Notes: generated from the letters alone by a model not told the origin. Shown: positions 40,167-49,970, counted from the stretch's first letter. The stretch is DNA of 64,000 nucleotides from Acidobacteriota bacterium (GCA_040755995.1 JBFMAF010000008.1:192001-256000), one strand, 5' to 3'. Numbers and translations are program-made.

Positions 40167-41774
40167 ATGTATCGAATTGAATCGAAGATCGACACGAAGT
40201 CGCTCGAGTATCAGCAGAATTCGGAAGCGCTGAAGAATCAGGTCGCCGACCTGAGGCAGAGGCTCGAGCAGGTACGCAAGGGAGGATCACGCAGCGCCGT
40301 CGAGAAGCACAAGGCGAGGGGTAAGCTGACGGCGCGCGAGCGCATCGAGCTGCTCTTCGACAAGGCGACGCCTTTTCTGGAGTTCAGCCCCCTGGCCGCC
40401 TACGGGCTTCACAAGAATGAAGTCCCGTCGGCCGGTGTCGTCACCGGAGTGGGTGTGGTCTGCGGAAAGGAAGTGCTGGTCGTCGCCAACGACGCAACGG
40501 TCAAGGGCGGGACCTACCTCCCCGAGACGATCAAGAAACACGTCCGCGCGCAGGAGATCGCTCTCGAGAACAGGCTGACTTGCGTCTACCTCGTGGATTC
40601 CGGCGGGATCTTCCTCCCCCTGCAGGTGGGCACCTTCCCGGACAAGGAACACTTCGGACGCATCTTCTACAATCAGGCGCGGATGTCCGCATTGGGCATT
40701 CCGCAGATCTCGGTCGTGCTTGGCTCATGCACGGCGGGCGGCGCGTACGTCCCTGCGATGAGCGACGAGACGATCATCGTCAGGCAGCAGGGCACGATCT
40801 TCATCGGCGGGCCGCCGCTCGTGAAGGCTGCCACCGGTGTGGATGTGTCGCCGGAGGAGCTCGGCGGCGCCGATGTCCATTGCCGCATCTCGGGAGTCTC
40901 CGATCATTACGCCCTCAACGACCGGCACGCAATCGAGATCACGCGGAACATCGTTGAGAACCTGCCGGCACCCGCCAAGCATCCGCTCGATATCACCGAG
41001 CCCGAAGAGCCGTACTACGACCCGCAGGAGCTGTACGGGATCATCCCCCGCGACCTGCGCAGGCCGTTCGACATGCGCGAGGTCATCGCTCGAATCGTCG
41101 ACGGCAGCAGATTCCATGAGTTCAAGGAGCTCTACGGACTGACGTTGGTGACCGGATTCGCGCGAATAATGGGACACCCGGTCGGCATCGTGGCCAACAA
41201 CGGCGTGCTCTTCTCCGAAAGCTCGCTCAAGGGGGCTCATTTCGTCTCGATGTGCGCCGTTCGCAAGATCCCGCTCGTCTTCTTGCAGAACATCACCGGC
41301 TTCATCGTTGGAAAGCAATACGAGCACGGCGGCATCGCTCGCGACGGCGCCAAGATGGTTCACGCCGTCGCAAACGCCCAGGTTCCGCGATTCACGCTTA
41401 TCATCGGCGGCTCCTATGGCGCGGGCAACTACGCCATGTGCGGCCGCGGCTACCTGCCGCGACTCCTCTGGATGTGGCCCAACGCCAAGATCTGCGTGAT
41501 GGGCGGCGAACAGGCGGCCAGCGTCCTGTTGCAGGTGAAATTGGAAAACCTCAAAGCAAAGGGCGAGACGATGAGCGAGGAGGACCAGGAGGCGTTCAAG
41601 GCTCCGACTCTGGCCAAGTACGAGGAGGAGGCCAGCGCCTACTTCAGCACCGCACGACTCTGGGACGACGGCATCCTCGACCCGGTCGAGACGCGCAACG
41701 CGCTCGCACTCGGCATCTCCATGTCGCTCAACGCCCCGATCCCTAACCACAACTTCGGCGTCTTCAGGATGTAG
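40167..41774 (+). CDS. liuB: Methylcrotonyl-CoA carboxylase-like carboxyltransferase (beta) subunit
   Basis: '[11 protein letters not shown]', 'GSCTAGGAY', '[14 protein letters not shown]', terminal 'FGVFRM'. Confidence 0.85.
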   Translation: MYRIESKIDTKSLEYQQNSEALKNQVADLRQRLEQVRKGGSRSAVEKHKARGKLTARERIELLFDKATPFLEFSPLAAYGLHKNEVPSAGVVTGVGVVCGKEVLVVANDATVKGGTYLPETIKKHVRAQEIALENRLTCVYLVDSGGIFLPLQVGTFPDKEHFGRIFYNQARMSALGIPQISVVLGSCTAGGAYVPAMSDETIIVRQQGTIFIGGPPLVKAATGVDVSPEELGGADVHCRISGVSDHYALNDRHAIEITRNIVENLPAPAKHPLDITEPEEPYYDPQELYGIIPRDLRRPFDMREVIARIVDGSRFHEFKELYGLTLVTGFARIMGHPVGIVANNGVLFSESSLKGAHFVSMCAVRKIPLVFLQNITGFIVGKQYEHGGIARDGAKMVHAVANAQVPRFTLIIGGSYGAGNYAMCGRGYLPRLLWMWPNAKICVMGGEQAASVLLQVKLENLKAKGETMSEEDQEAFKAPTLAKYEEEASAYFSTARLWDDGILDPVETRNALALGISMSLNAPIPNHNFGVFRM

Positions 41775-41837
41775 ATGCTGCCGTGCAGCGCAACCTCAGC
41801 GTGCGTGACAATCCGGACTGCCGTTCGACCGGCCTCC

Positions 41838-41925
41838 GACGCGAGGACACGGAGACGCTGTGACGCGCAGACGCGGTGACCGGCCCGGTGAGCTCTTCGC
41901 GTCCCCACGCCTTCGCGCCCCGGCC
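41838..41925 (+). repeat. Octamer tandem array (GACRCGGW) with a partial inverted counterpart
   Basis: gacgcgag gacacgga gacgctgt gacgcgca gacgcggt gaccggcc. Confidence 0.7.
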
Positions 41926-41986
41926 TCATCGAGAAGCGCGTTGCAGGCGGGCCCGGGGCTAGACGCCGACCTGTCACCATGAGAAC

Positions 41987-42835
41987 ATGAATCACTACGA
42001 GACCATAGCCATTCACGTCGAGGGGGCGGTTGCGCGTGTGACGCTCAACAGGCCCGATGTCCGCAATGCGTTCAACGACCGGATGCTGGAGGAGCTTCTT
42101 GAGGCATTCCAGCGCATTCACATGGCCGAGACCGTGAGGGTGGTCGTGCTCACCGGGGCCGGGAGCTGCTTCTGCGCCGGGGCTGACCTCAACTGGCTGC
42201 GCCGCGTCAAGGAATTCACCTACGGGCAGAACCTCAGGGAATCTCGAGTACTGGCGGATTGCCTGTACGCCATGTACTCGTGCCCGAAGCCGACAGTGGC
42301 GCGCGTGAACGGCCCGGCAATCGGCGGCGGCACCGGACTCGTCGCCGTGTGCGATATCGCCATCGCATCCAGCGACGCGCAGTTCAGTTTCAGCGAGGTC
42401 AAGATCGGAGTCGTGCCGGCGTGCATCTCGCCGTACGTCGTGCGGAAAATGGGCGAGGGCAAGTGCCGCGAGCTCTTCCTCACCGGCGAGCGGATCGGCG
42501 CCGAACGCGCGCTGCAGGCGGGCCTGCTCAACCAGGTGACGCCGCCCGAATCGCTTGACCAGGCGGTAACGAGCAGGGTCGACCAGCTCCTCTCGAGCGG
42601 ACCGCATGCGCTGAAAATGTGCAAAGAGCTCCTCGAGAAGGTCCCTTCGATGGATCTGCACACGGCAGGCCCGTACACGGCAGAGATGGTCGCAAGGCTG
42701 AGAATGAGCGCCGAGGGCCAGGAGGGCATGGATGCGTTTCTGCAGAAGCGCAAGCCCTCGTGGATCGTGGACGCGGAGACAGGGAGACAAGCAGAAACGG
42801 GGAAACGAGGAAACGGTGACACGGAGACGCGGTGA
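41987..42835 (+). CDS. liuC: Enoyl-CoA hydratase, methylglutaconyl-CoA hydratase-like
   Basis: 'LNRPDVRNAF', 'FCAGADL', 'GGGTGLVAVCD', 'FSEVKIG', 'EGQEGMDAFLQKRKPSW'; lies between MCC subunits. Confidence 0.82.
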   Translation: MNHYETIAIHVEGAVARVTLNRPDVRNAFNDRMLEELLEAFQRIHMAETVRVVVLTGAGSCFCAGADLNWLRRVKEFTYGQNLRESRVLADCLYAMYSCPKPTVARVNGPAIGGGTGLVAVCDIAIASSDAQFSFSEVKIGVVPACISPYVVRKMGEGKCRELFLTGERIGAERALQAGLLNQVTPPESLDQAVTSRVDQLLSSGPHALKMCKELLEKVPSMDLHTAGPYTAEMVARLRMSAEGQEGMDAFLQKRKPSWIVDAETGRQAETGKRGNGDTETR

Positions 42836-42889
42836 CGCGGTGACACGGAGAAACGGCCACACGAAGAAACTCGGACACGGAGACACGGG
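42770..42889 (+). repeat. Octamer tandem array, 15 units (consensus GACACGGA), overlapping the hydratase 3' end
   Basis: gacgcgga gacaggga gacaagca gaaacggg ... gacacgga gacacggg. Confidence 0.85.
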
Positions 42890-42930
42890 GTCCAGAGGTC
42901 GAATGGTCGCCCCCTAGCGACTGCCCCACC

Positions 42931-44433
42931 ATGTTGAAGAAGATCCTCGTAGCGAACCGCGGCGAGATCGCGTTGCGCGTTATCCGTGCGTGCCGCGAGA
43001 TGGGAATTCCAACCGTGGCGGTCTACTCATCGGTCGATCGCGCTGCGAGGCACGTGCAGGCGGCGGACGAGGCTGTCTTCATCGGCCCGCCGGCGCCGCT
43101 GGAAAGCTACCTGAACATCGAGCGGATCGTTCAGGCGGCGCTCCAGATGCGTGCGGATGCGATCCACCCCGGCTACGGCTTCCTCGCCGAGAATCCGCGC
43201 TTCGCACTCAGGTGCGAGGAGGCTGGGCTGGTGTTCGTCGGTCCGAGCTCGAAGGCGCTGGCGCTGGTCGGCGACAAGGTCGAATCGCGCAAGACCGCCT
43301 CTACCATCCGGGTTCCGCTCATTCCCGGGATGATGGCACCGGGCAAGTCGCTGGAGGAGTTCCAGGCGGCCGCGGCGGAGATCGGATACCCGGTCCTGGT
43401 GAAGGCCTCCGGCGGCGGCGGCGGCAAGGGGATGCACGTAGTAAGGTCGTCTGCGGAGCTGAAGTCGTCGATCGAGATGAGCCGCCGCGAAGCGAAGTCG
43501 GCCTTCGGTGACGACGCCGTATACATCGAGAAGTACCTGGAGAGGCCGCGGCATGTGGAGTTCCAGGTGCTGGCGGACCGTCACGGCCACACCATACATC
43601 TGTGCGAGCGCGAGTGCTCGATTCAGCGCCGCCATCAAAAGATAGTCGAGGAAACGCCCTCTGTCGCGCTTGATCCGGGTCTCCGGCGCCGCATGGGTGA
43701 AACGGCCGTCGCTATCATCCGCGCCACGGGGTACACGAACGCCGGCACCGTCGAGTTTCTCCTCGACCGTGAGCGACGATTCTACTTCCTCGAAGTGAAC
43801 GCGCGCATCCAGGTGGAGCACCCGATCACGGAGATGGTGGTCGGCGTGGACCTCGTGAAGCAGCAGATTCGGATCGCCGCCGGCGAGCCGCTGACCATTC
43901 ACCAGGAGGACATCCAGCAGCGCGGCCACGCCATCGAGTGCCGCATCTACGCCGAAGACCCTGAGAGAGGCTTTCTTCCAAGCCCCGGCAGAATCCTCCT
44001 GGCGCGCGAGCCGGAAGGACCGGGAATACGCTGCGACTCGGGGATCTACTCCGGCATCGAGGTGACTCCTCACTACGACCCGATCCTGTCGAAGCTCATA
44101 ACGTGGGGTGAGGACCGGGATTCCGCGCGCCAGCGCATGATATCCGCGCTCGATCGCTACGTCATTCTGGGCATTCCGACTGGTATCGAGTTCCTCAAGG
44201 ACGTTATCAGGCATCCTGCCTACGCATCGGGCGATACGCACACGCACTTCGTGGACGAACACTTTGGCGACTGGAGGCCTGTGGCGCCGGAGGAGGAAGC
44301 GATGAAGGCGGCGCTGGTGGCGGCGGCGTTGACCGAGCTCGGCCCTGCCAGAGCATCAGGACCCGCTCAGCAATTGCGCCGCCCCACTCCCTGGCAGACC
44401 ATCGGCAAGTGGGCGATCGGCGGAACGAGATGA
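42931..44433 (+). CDS. Biotin carboxylase subunit
   Basis: 'ILVANRGEIALR', 'HPGYGFLAEN', 'GGGGKGM', 'ERECSIQRRHQK', 'RIQVEHP'; no BCCP domain. Confidence 0.93.
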   Translation: MLKKILVANRGEIALRVIRACREMGIPTVAVYSSVDRAARHVQAADEAVFIGPPAPLESYLNIERIVQAALQMRADAIHPGYGFLAENPRFALRCEEAGLVFVGPSSKALALVGDKVESRKTASTIRVPLIPGMMAPGKSLEEFQAAAAEIGYPVLVKASGGGGGKGMHVVRSSAELKSSIEMSRREAKSAFGDDAVYIEKYLERPRHVEFQVLADRHGHTIHLCERECSIQRRHQKIVEETPSVALDPGLRRRMGETAVAIIRATGYTNAGTVEFLLDRERRFYFLEVNARIQVEHPITEMVVGVDLVKQQIRIAAGEPLTIHQEDIQQRGHAIECRIYAEDPERGFLPSPGRILLAREPEGPGIRCDSGIYSGIEVTPHYDPILSKLITWGEDRDSARQRMISALDRYVILGIPTGIEFLKDVIRHPAYASGDTHTHFVDEHFGDWRPVAPEEEAMKAALVAAALTELGPARASGPAQQLRRPTPWQTIGKWAIGGTR

Positions 44434-44540
44434 GGAGCAGGCTGTGCGTGCGACGGGCAGAGATGCGTTCACGCTCACGTCGAAGTCTACGTTCACGAAT
44501 GACCGTGCCGCCGCATCATGGCGGCACCCCGTGAGGCGAG

Positions 44541-45044
44541 ATGGAACATGAGTTTGTAGTGGGCGGGCAGAGCCATCGGGTCTCGGTGGAACACCGGGAT
44601 GGGAAGGATCACATAGCGGTCGACGGCGAGCCGTTCGATGTGGATCTGCGGCAGGTCGATTCACACACCGTCTCACTTCTTCTGGGGAGCCGCTCTTTCG
44701 TCGTCCACATTTCGAGGGATGCTAGCCGGACACTGGCGGTTGTGGGGGGGCACCGGTTCTGCCTGGAGGAGCCCGCCGCTGAGAGTGCGCGCGCCGCCGC
44801 GGGCGCGGGAAGCGCCGACGGGGAGATAAAGGCGCCGATGCCGGGGCTAGTGACGAAGGTACACGTGGCGCAGGGGGCCGTAGTGAAAGCCGGGGAGAGC
44901 CTTGTGGTCGTCGAAGCCATGAAGATGGAAAACGAGATGCGGGCGCCGTTCAGGGGCGTGGTCGCGAAGGTACACGTGCAGGCCGGCCAACAGGTCGACG
45001 CGTTCCAGGCGCTGGTCGAGGTGGAGCCCGCCGAAGGCGACTGA
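44541..45044 (+). CDS. Biotin carboxyl carrier protein with N-terminal BT-like domain
   Basis: 'APMPG', 'EAMKMENE' biotinylation motif. Confidence 0.92.
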   Translation: MEHEFVVGGQSHRVSVEHRDGKDHIAVDGEPFDVDLRQVDSHTVSLLLGSRSFVVHISRDASRTLAVVGGHRFCLEEPAAESARAAAGAGSADGEIKAPMPGLVTKVHVAQGAVVKAGESLVVVEAMKMENEMRAPFRGVVAKVHVQAGQQVDAFQALVEVEPAEGD

Positions 45045-45170
45045 GCAGGGCCGGCCGAATCCCGCAGCCGCCGGGGGAGTGGCACGGGTCTTCAGCGATC
45101 TTCGCTGCTATGCCAGCGACATCGCGGGCTTGACGCCCCACTGCGGGTTCCGCTATAGTCCATCTTCGAC

Positions 45171-45986
45171 ATGGCAGCTCAAGCACGGCCCTTCATTGTC
45201 GCGCTACTCAGCGACTTCGGCACAGACGATCCCTACGTCGGCTGCATGAAGGCTGCGATCCTGGGCGTGAACCCGTCGGTTCCGATCATCGACATCACGC
45301 ACAGCGTGCAGGCGCACAGCATCGTCGCAGCCGCCTACACGCTCGCCGCCACGTATCGCAGCTTTCCCGAGAAGACGGTATTCGTGTGCGTCGTGGACCC
45401 CGGGGTGGGATCGGAGTGCCCGGTTCTGATTGCCTCGGCTGGGCGCCGCTATTTCGTTGCACCCGACAACGGGCTGCTTTCACCTGTCTTTGAGGACCCG
45501 GATCTCGGCCGCGTGTTCCGGGCCACGGCATCGCATTTCTTCTCCGCATCCGTCGCACAGACGTTCCACGGCAGGGACATGATGGCGCCGCTCGCGGGGT
45601 GGATTTCGAAGGGTGTGGACATCGAGAACATGGGCGAGCCGTACGCGCTCTACAAGCGCGTCGAGCTGCCCATGCCCAAACTGGTGGCGGGGGGCATTCT
45701 CGAGGGGCAGATCTGGCACATCGATCGCTTCGGTAATTGCATCACCAACATTACGCGTGAGGCTTTCGATCAAGCCGCTGGGACGGACAAGAAGTTCGTC
45801 AAGGCAGTCGCGGGCAAGCACGAGATCAAGACTCTCTGCAACTATTACGCGCAGGCCCCGGTCCGCGGCGGACCCGTTTGCCTCTTCGGCAGCCTGGGTT
45901 ACGTGGAGCTAGCCTGCAACCGGGCCTCCGCCAGTGAATTCCTCACCGCCAACGTCGGCTCGATTGTCGGGATCGTCTTCGATTGA
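45171..45986 (+). CDS. DUF62 SAM hydroxide adenosyltransferase / halogenase-family protein
   Basis: 'LLSDFG.DDPYVG', 'IDITH', 'VVDPGVG', 'PDNGLL', 'TFHGRD', 'IDRFGN'. Confidence 0.9.
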   Translation: MAAQARPFIVALLSDFGTDDPYVGCMKAAILGVNPSVPIIDITHSVQAHSIVAAAYTLAATYRSFPEKTVFVCVVDPGVGSECPVLIASAGRRYFVAPDNGLLSPVFEDPDLGRVFRATASHFFSASVAQTFHGRDMMAPLAGWISKGVDIENMGEPYALYKRVELPMPKLVAGGILEGQIWHIDRFGNCITNITREAFDQAAGTDKKFVKAVAGKHEIKTLCNYYAQAPVRGGPVCLFGSLGYVELACNRASASEFLTANVGSIVGIVFD

Positions 45987-46008
45987 TTCTCCCGCCTGAA
46001 CCCGCCTG

Positions 46009-47685
46009 ATGGTCGTCGACTACAAAGACTACTCCAAGGGGTTCAGGATCGCCCACAGAGAGCGGCGGTGGGGGCGATATCTCCTGATCCCGCTCGCGCT
46101 GGCCGTTCTTTGCGCTGCAGTTTACATTTGGGTTGGGCACCGGCTCTCGACCGGAAGGAAGCAGGCCGAGCAGGGCCAGTTGGGAGACGCTGAGGAATCG
46201 TTCCAGTTCGTCAAGAAGCTGCACATTCGAGGACGAGAGGCCGAAGATGGCCTGGGCGTTCTGGACCTCATGCGAGACGACATCACCGCCGCTCAGGGGC
46301 ACCTGCTCGGCGGCGGCCGTTCCGTGTTCGACACGCCCCAGCTGATGGCCTCGTTCACGTCGCGTGGGCTCTACGCGTATGCGGCACTGTATGGCGAGTA
46401 TGCGCGCGAGTGGAACAGGAAACCGGCCGTGGCTGTCGAATATGCGGCGGCGCTCGCCGGTCTGCAGAAATACGGAGAAGCTGCGCAGGCGCTGGCAGAT
46501 GCAGGTTCCGCCGGCGATCCGGCGCTCGCATCGCGGCGAGAGGCTGTGCGGAAGGCGCTGGATGCGAGCAAGAAGTCGGGGCTGTTCTGCTACGTCGCGG
46601 ACCGCGCCAACACGCCACTCGCCTCCTACGCGCGCGGAAGCGCGGGGCCTGGAGGCGACGTGGTGCTGTCAGGGGGATTGCGCGTGGGAGAGGCGCTGTC
46701 GTCGAGCGATTTCCATAATCACACGCTGCTCAATATCGACAAGGAGATCCAGGACGCGGCGTCCTCCTCGCTCGGATACGCCGGAGCCCTCGTGGCGATT
46801 GCACCGTCGACCGGCGAGATACTGGCGGCCGTGTCAAATCCTCCCCCTGGAGATCACTCGCTGAACTTCGCATTCGAAGGGCGCTTCGAACCGGGATCGA
46901 TCATCAAGCTTCTGACCCTCTCTGCCGCGCTCAGGGCCGACATGGACATGGGACAGATCTTGCCGTTCAAGTGCACGGGCATGCTGGATTGCGACGGCGT
47001 CTGGTTCTACGACTGGGCGATTCACCGAGAGGTGCGCGACATCGAGCAGGCAACGGCCGAGTCATGCAACGTCGCGTTCGCGCGGATGGGCATCGCGGTG
47101 GGGCGGGAGGCGCTGAAGCACGAGTTCGAGCTCTACGGCTTCGGGCGTGCGCTCAGCGACCACACACCGCCGATGGCGCTGGGGCAGGTCGAGGAAAAGG
47201 GGGCCGAGAAGCTGCACACGGCACACCTCTCCGTGGGGCTTGATGATCTCACGCTCACGACGCTCCATGGGGCTCTGATCGCGGCCGCGCTCGCGGGCGA
47301 CGGGGTCGTCATGATGCCGCAGTTGGTGCGCGAGAAGCGCAACATTCTGCAGGAGCCCTATTTCCGCTCTCAAGCGGCACCCCTATTCTCGACGGGGCTC
47401 TCATCCGAGGATCGGCGGGTGATTGCCGGGGCATTGAACCGGGTGGTGGGAAGCGAGAAGGGGACCGGCCGACGTGCGGCTATAGAGGGATTCCAATTCG
47501 CGATGAAGACCGGGACATCGGGCAATCGCGAGTTCGGGCTGGATTCGGTCATCATCGGCTTTGCGCCGCTGCAGTCTCCCAAGATTGCGTTCTGCCTGTA
47601 TGCACACGGGGCGGGCAAGGCGGAGCTCGAAGGCGCGAGAATTGTGCGCGAGTTCCTGCTGCGATGTAAGGGGAGACTTCAGTAG
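46009..47685 (+). CDS. Penicillin-binding transpeptidase with TM anchor and helical (TPR-like) N-region
   Basis: SxxK 'PGSIIK', SxN 'SCN', KTG 'KTGT'. Confidence 0.85.
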   Translation: MVVDYKDYSKGFRIAHRERRWGRYLLIPLALAVLCAAVYIWVGHRLSTGRKQAEQGQLGDAEESFQFVKKLHIRGREAEDGLGVLDLMRDDITAAQGHLLGGGRSVFDTPQLMASFTSRGLYAYAALYGEYAREWNRKPAVAVEYAAALAGLQKYGEAAQALADAGSAGDPALASRREAVRKALDASKKSGLFCYVADRANTPLASYARGSAGPGGDVVLSGGLRVGEALSSSDFHNHTLLNIDKEIQDAASSSLGYAGALVAIAPSTGEILAAVSNPPPGDHSLNFAFEGRFEPGSIIKLLTLSAALRADMDMGQILPFKCTGMLDCDGVWFYDWAIHREVRDIEQATAESCNVAFARMGIAVGREALKHEFELYGFGRALSDHTPPMALGQVEEKGAEKLHTAHLSVGLDDLTLTTLHGALIAAALAGDGVVMMPQLVREKRNILQEPYFRSQAAPLFSTGLSSEDRRVIAGALNRVVGSEKGTGRRAAIEGFQFAMKTGTSGNREFGLDSVIIGFAPLQSPKIAFCLYAHGAGKAELEGARIVREFLLRCKGRLQ

Positions 47686-47799
47686 CCCAGTCCGGTCGCA
47701 GTACGCGCGGGCCGGGCCTCGACGCCGTGGATACAAGAGACGATACCCGCACGCGGCGAACACAACCCACGATGGTCGGCCGCGGGATGCCGGCCGCGC

Positions 47800-49284
47800 C
47801 TACTTCTTGTAGATCAGTCGAATGGTGAACCTGATCTCGATGCCCTCGGGTGTCGCCTCGGGCTGAATCGAGCTCAGATCGATCGGCACGACGATCTCGG
47901 GAGCCTCCGCGGGTGGGCGTGGAGGTTGTGGGGGCTCTGCGGCCTCGAGGTCGAGCGGGCCAACCAGTTCTTCGAACGGCTCTGTCGGCAGCGGCGGTGT
48001 CGGTGTCTCGGCTGGGGCCTCGGGAACCAGCGTCGGCTCGGTTCTGGGAGGGGCCGGTTCCGGCTCAGCGACCAGCACAGCTTCGGGAATCGGCTCGGGC
48101 GCCGCCACTGGCATCGGCTCCGGCGCCGCCGCCGGGATGAGCTCCGGTTCGCCAATCACCTCGGGTGCCTCGAGCAGCTCCCGTTCCGCGGCAGGTTCGG
48201 GTGAGGTCATCGGAATCTCCGGCTCCTGGATCGCCTCCGGCATCGGGGCGGGCTCGAGCAGCGTGACCGCGCCAAGATCAGCCGGAGTCTCCTCCGCTGG
48301 GACCTGCTGGGGTTCCTCTTCGATCTCCTCCAGGTCCGAGAGTGAGAGGAATTCCTCCTCCGGCAGAGATCGTCGCAACGGCGCGGGATGCGAGGGAGGC
48401 ACCGGTTCCATAGGGAAGGACTCGTCCTCGATCGGCAACGTCTCGGCCAGGGCCTGTTCGGTCAACTGCCGCGCCGATTCCGGCTCGAGATCCTCCTCCA
48501 TGGGTGAGCTCACGCTGATCGTGGGCGGCGAAAGATCCTGTGGCTCCTCTTCCAACGGTGCTTCGCTTTGCAGCTCGGCTTCGTTTTCGTAATGGACTTC
48601 ACTTTCCGTCGGCTCGAACTCCTTGAACTCCACCTGCTCCTCCAGCGGCGGCTCGTATTTTCGGACTCGAGGTCCCGCCTCCTCACGCTCGAGTTGCACG
48701 AACCTCCCCGTAAGACCTTCGAGCACCTTCTTGCAGATCTCTCGGAATGTATCATGGACTCCCTCTCCGCGAAGCGCGGAGGCTTCGAAGCTCGGCCGGT
48801 TCAGCGTATTGAGCTGTGCTTCCAAGATCTCCACGGGGAGCAGATTCGGGAGGTCGCGCTTGTTGTACTGGATGACGAGCGGTATTTCGTCCAGATTGAT
48901 CTTCTTCTCGGCGAGGTTGGTGCGGAGATTCTCCATGCTCTCGATATTCGACTGGGCCATCTCGGCCTGAGAATCTGCCACGAAGACGACCCCATCAACG
49001 CCTTGGAGTACGAGTTTTCGGGTCGAGTCGTAGAAGACCTGTCCTGGCACCGTGTAAAGCTGCACGCGCGTCTTGAAGTCTTTGATCCGGCCGAGCTCGA
49101 TCGGAAGGAAGTCGAAGAACAGGGTCCTGTCGGTCTCCGTTTGGAGGGAGATCATCTTGCCTTTGCCCTCTGCCGGGAGCGTCTCGTAGATGTACCGCAG
49201 GTTGGTGGTTTTGCCCCCCAGGCCTGGGCCATAGTAGACGACCTTCGCCGTGATCTCTCGAGTCGCGTTGTTGATCAGTGCCAT
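47800..49284 (-). CDS. mglA: MglA-family small GTPase with ~290-aa Glu/Pro-rich tail
   Basis: 'YYGPGLGGKTTN', 'TDRTLFFDFLP', 'TVPGQVFY', 'NKRD', 'ASA'. Confidence 0.87.
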   Translation of the reverse strand: MALINNATREITAKVVYYGPGLGGKTTNLRYIYETLPAEGKGKMISLQTETDRTLFFDFLPIELGRIKDFKTRVQLYTVPGQVFYDSTRKLVLQGVDGVVFVADSQAEMAQSNIESMENLRTNLAEKKINLDEIPLVIQYNKRDLPNLLPVEILEAQLNTLNRPSFEASALRGEGVHDTFREICKKVLEGLTGRFVQLEREEAGPRVRKYEPPLEEQVEFKEFEPTESEVHYENEAELQSEAPLEEEPQDLSPPTISVSSPMEEDLEPESARQLTEQALAETLPIEDESFPMEPVPPSHPAPLRRSLPEEEFLSLSDLEEIEEEPQQVPAEETPADLGAVTLLEPAPMPEAIQEPEIPMTSPEPAAERELLEAPEVIGEPELIPAAAPEPMPVAAPEPIPEAVLVAEPEPAPPRTEPTLVPEAPAETPTPPLPTEPFEELVGPLDLEAAEPPQPPRPPAEAPEIVVPIDLSSIQPEATPEGIEIRFTIRLIYKK

Positions 49285-49478
49285 CGGATCCCTCGTTGGT
49301 CGGTCAAAGTTACTCCAAGAGTTTCAACCGTGTCAAGGAATGCCGATCTCTCGAGATCTCGAGCTGGAGTACACCGGCCTCCTCGCTGCGATCATGGACG
49401 TACAGCTCGACGGAGCGTACCCGTACACGTTCGCTTACCAGAGGGGGGTCGGGAACGTGTACGACTCGAGCTCCATCA

Positions 49479-49510
49479 CTATACAGCGCGACATAAGTCG
49501 CGCTGTATAG
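49479..49510. other. Perfect 14-bp inverted repeat in the divergent intergenic region
   Basis: CTATACAGCGCGAC-ATAA-GTCGCGCTGTATAG. Confidence 0.7.
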
Positions 49511-49634
49511 ACCCACCGACAGATCCGCTCGGCGCCTGAACCTCATGAACCCCTGAACCCCAACCCATCCTGGACAAGGGCGCAAGGAACCTTTATAATC
49601 GCGCTGTCATTCTACCGACACAGGAGGGACGCCG

Positions 49635-49868
49635 GTGGCGGAATTCAACACAATTGAGGAAATGCTTGTACATCATGCGAAGAAGCACTTCAACGACGCT
49701 CATGTGACCACGCAGAGTTATGGGTTTCAGGTCACTGTCGTCACCGATCCTAAGGAGGCGCTGGATGTGACCAGGCTGAAGAGCAAGGCGCTGGCCTACG
49801 ACATCATCGAGCGGGGCATGACGGCGCGGGTCGACAAGCCTGGTGAGATCCACGTGTTCGTGCCCTAG
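49635..49868 (+). CDS. Small hypothetical protein (77 aa)
   Basis: AGGAGG RBS before GTG; globular-looking sequence; no credible overlapping gene. Confidence 0.65.
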   Translation: MAEFNTIEEMLVHHAKKHFNDAHVTTQSYGFQVTVVTDPKEALDVTRLKSKALAYDIIERGMTARVDKPGEIHVFVP

Positions 49869-49970
49869 TGACCAGGGGGCAGTCGATGCCGAGCGGGTGT
49901 TTGTGCGGCGGTTTTGCATGGGGGGCTGAATTGAGCACATCCGGAAGGACCATCTAGAGGGGATCCCGTC

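Noticed and set aside
42770..42889. Possible CRISPR array
   Set aside because: Contiguous 8-bp units with no spacers, and no cas genes in the window.
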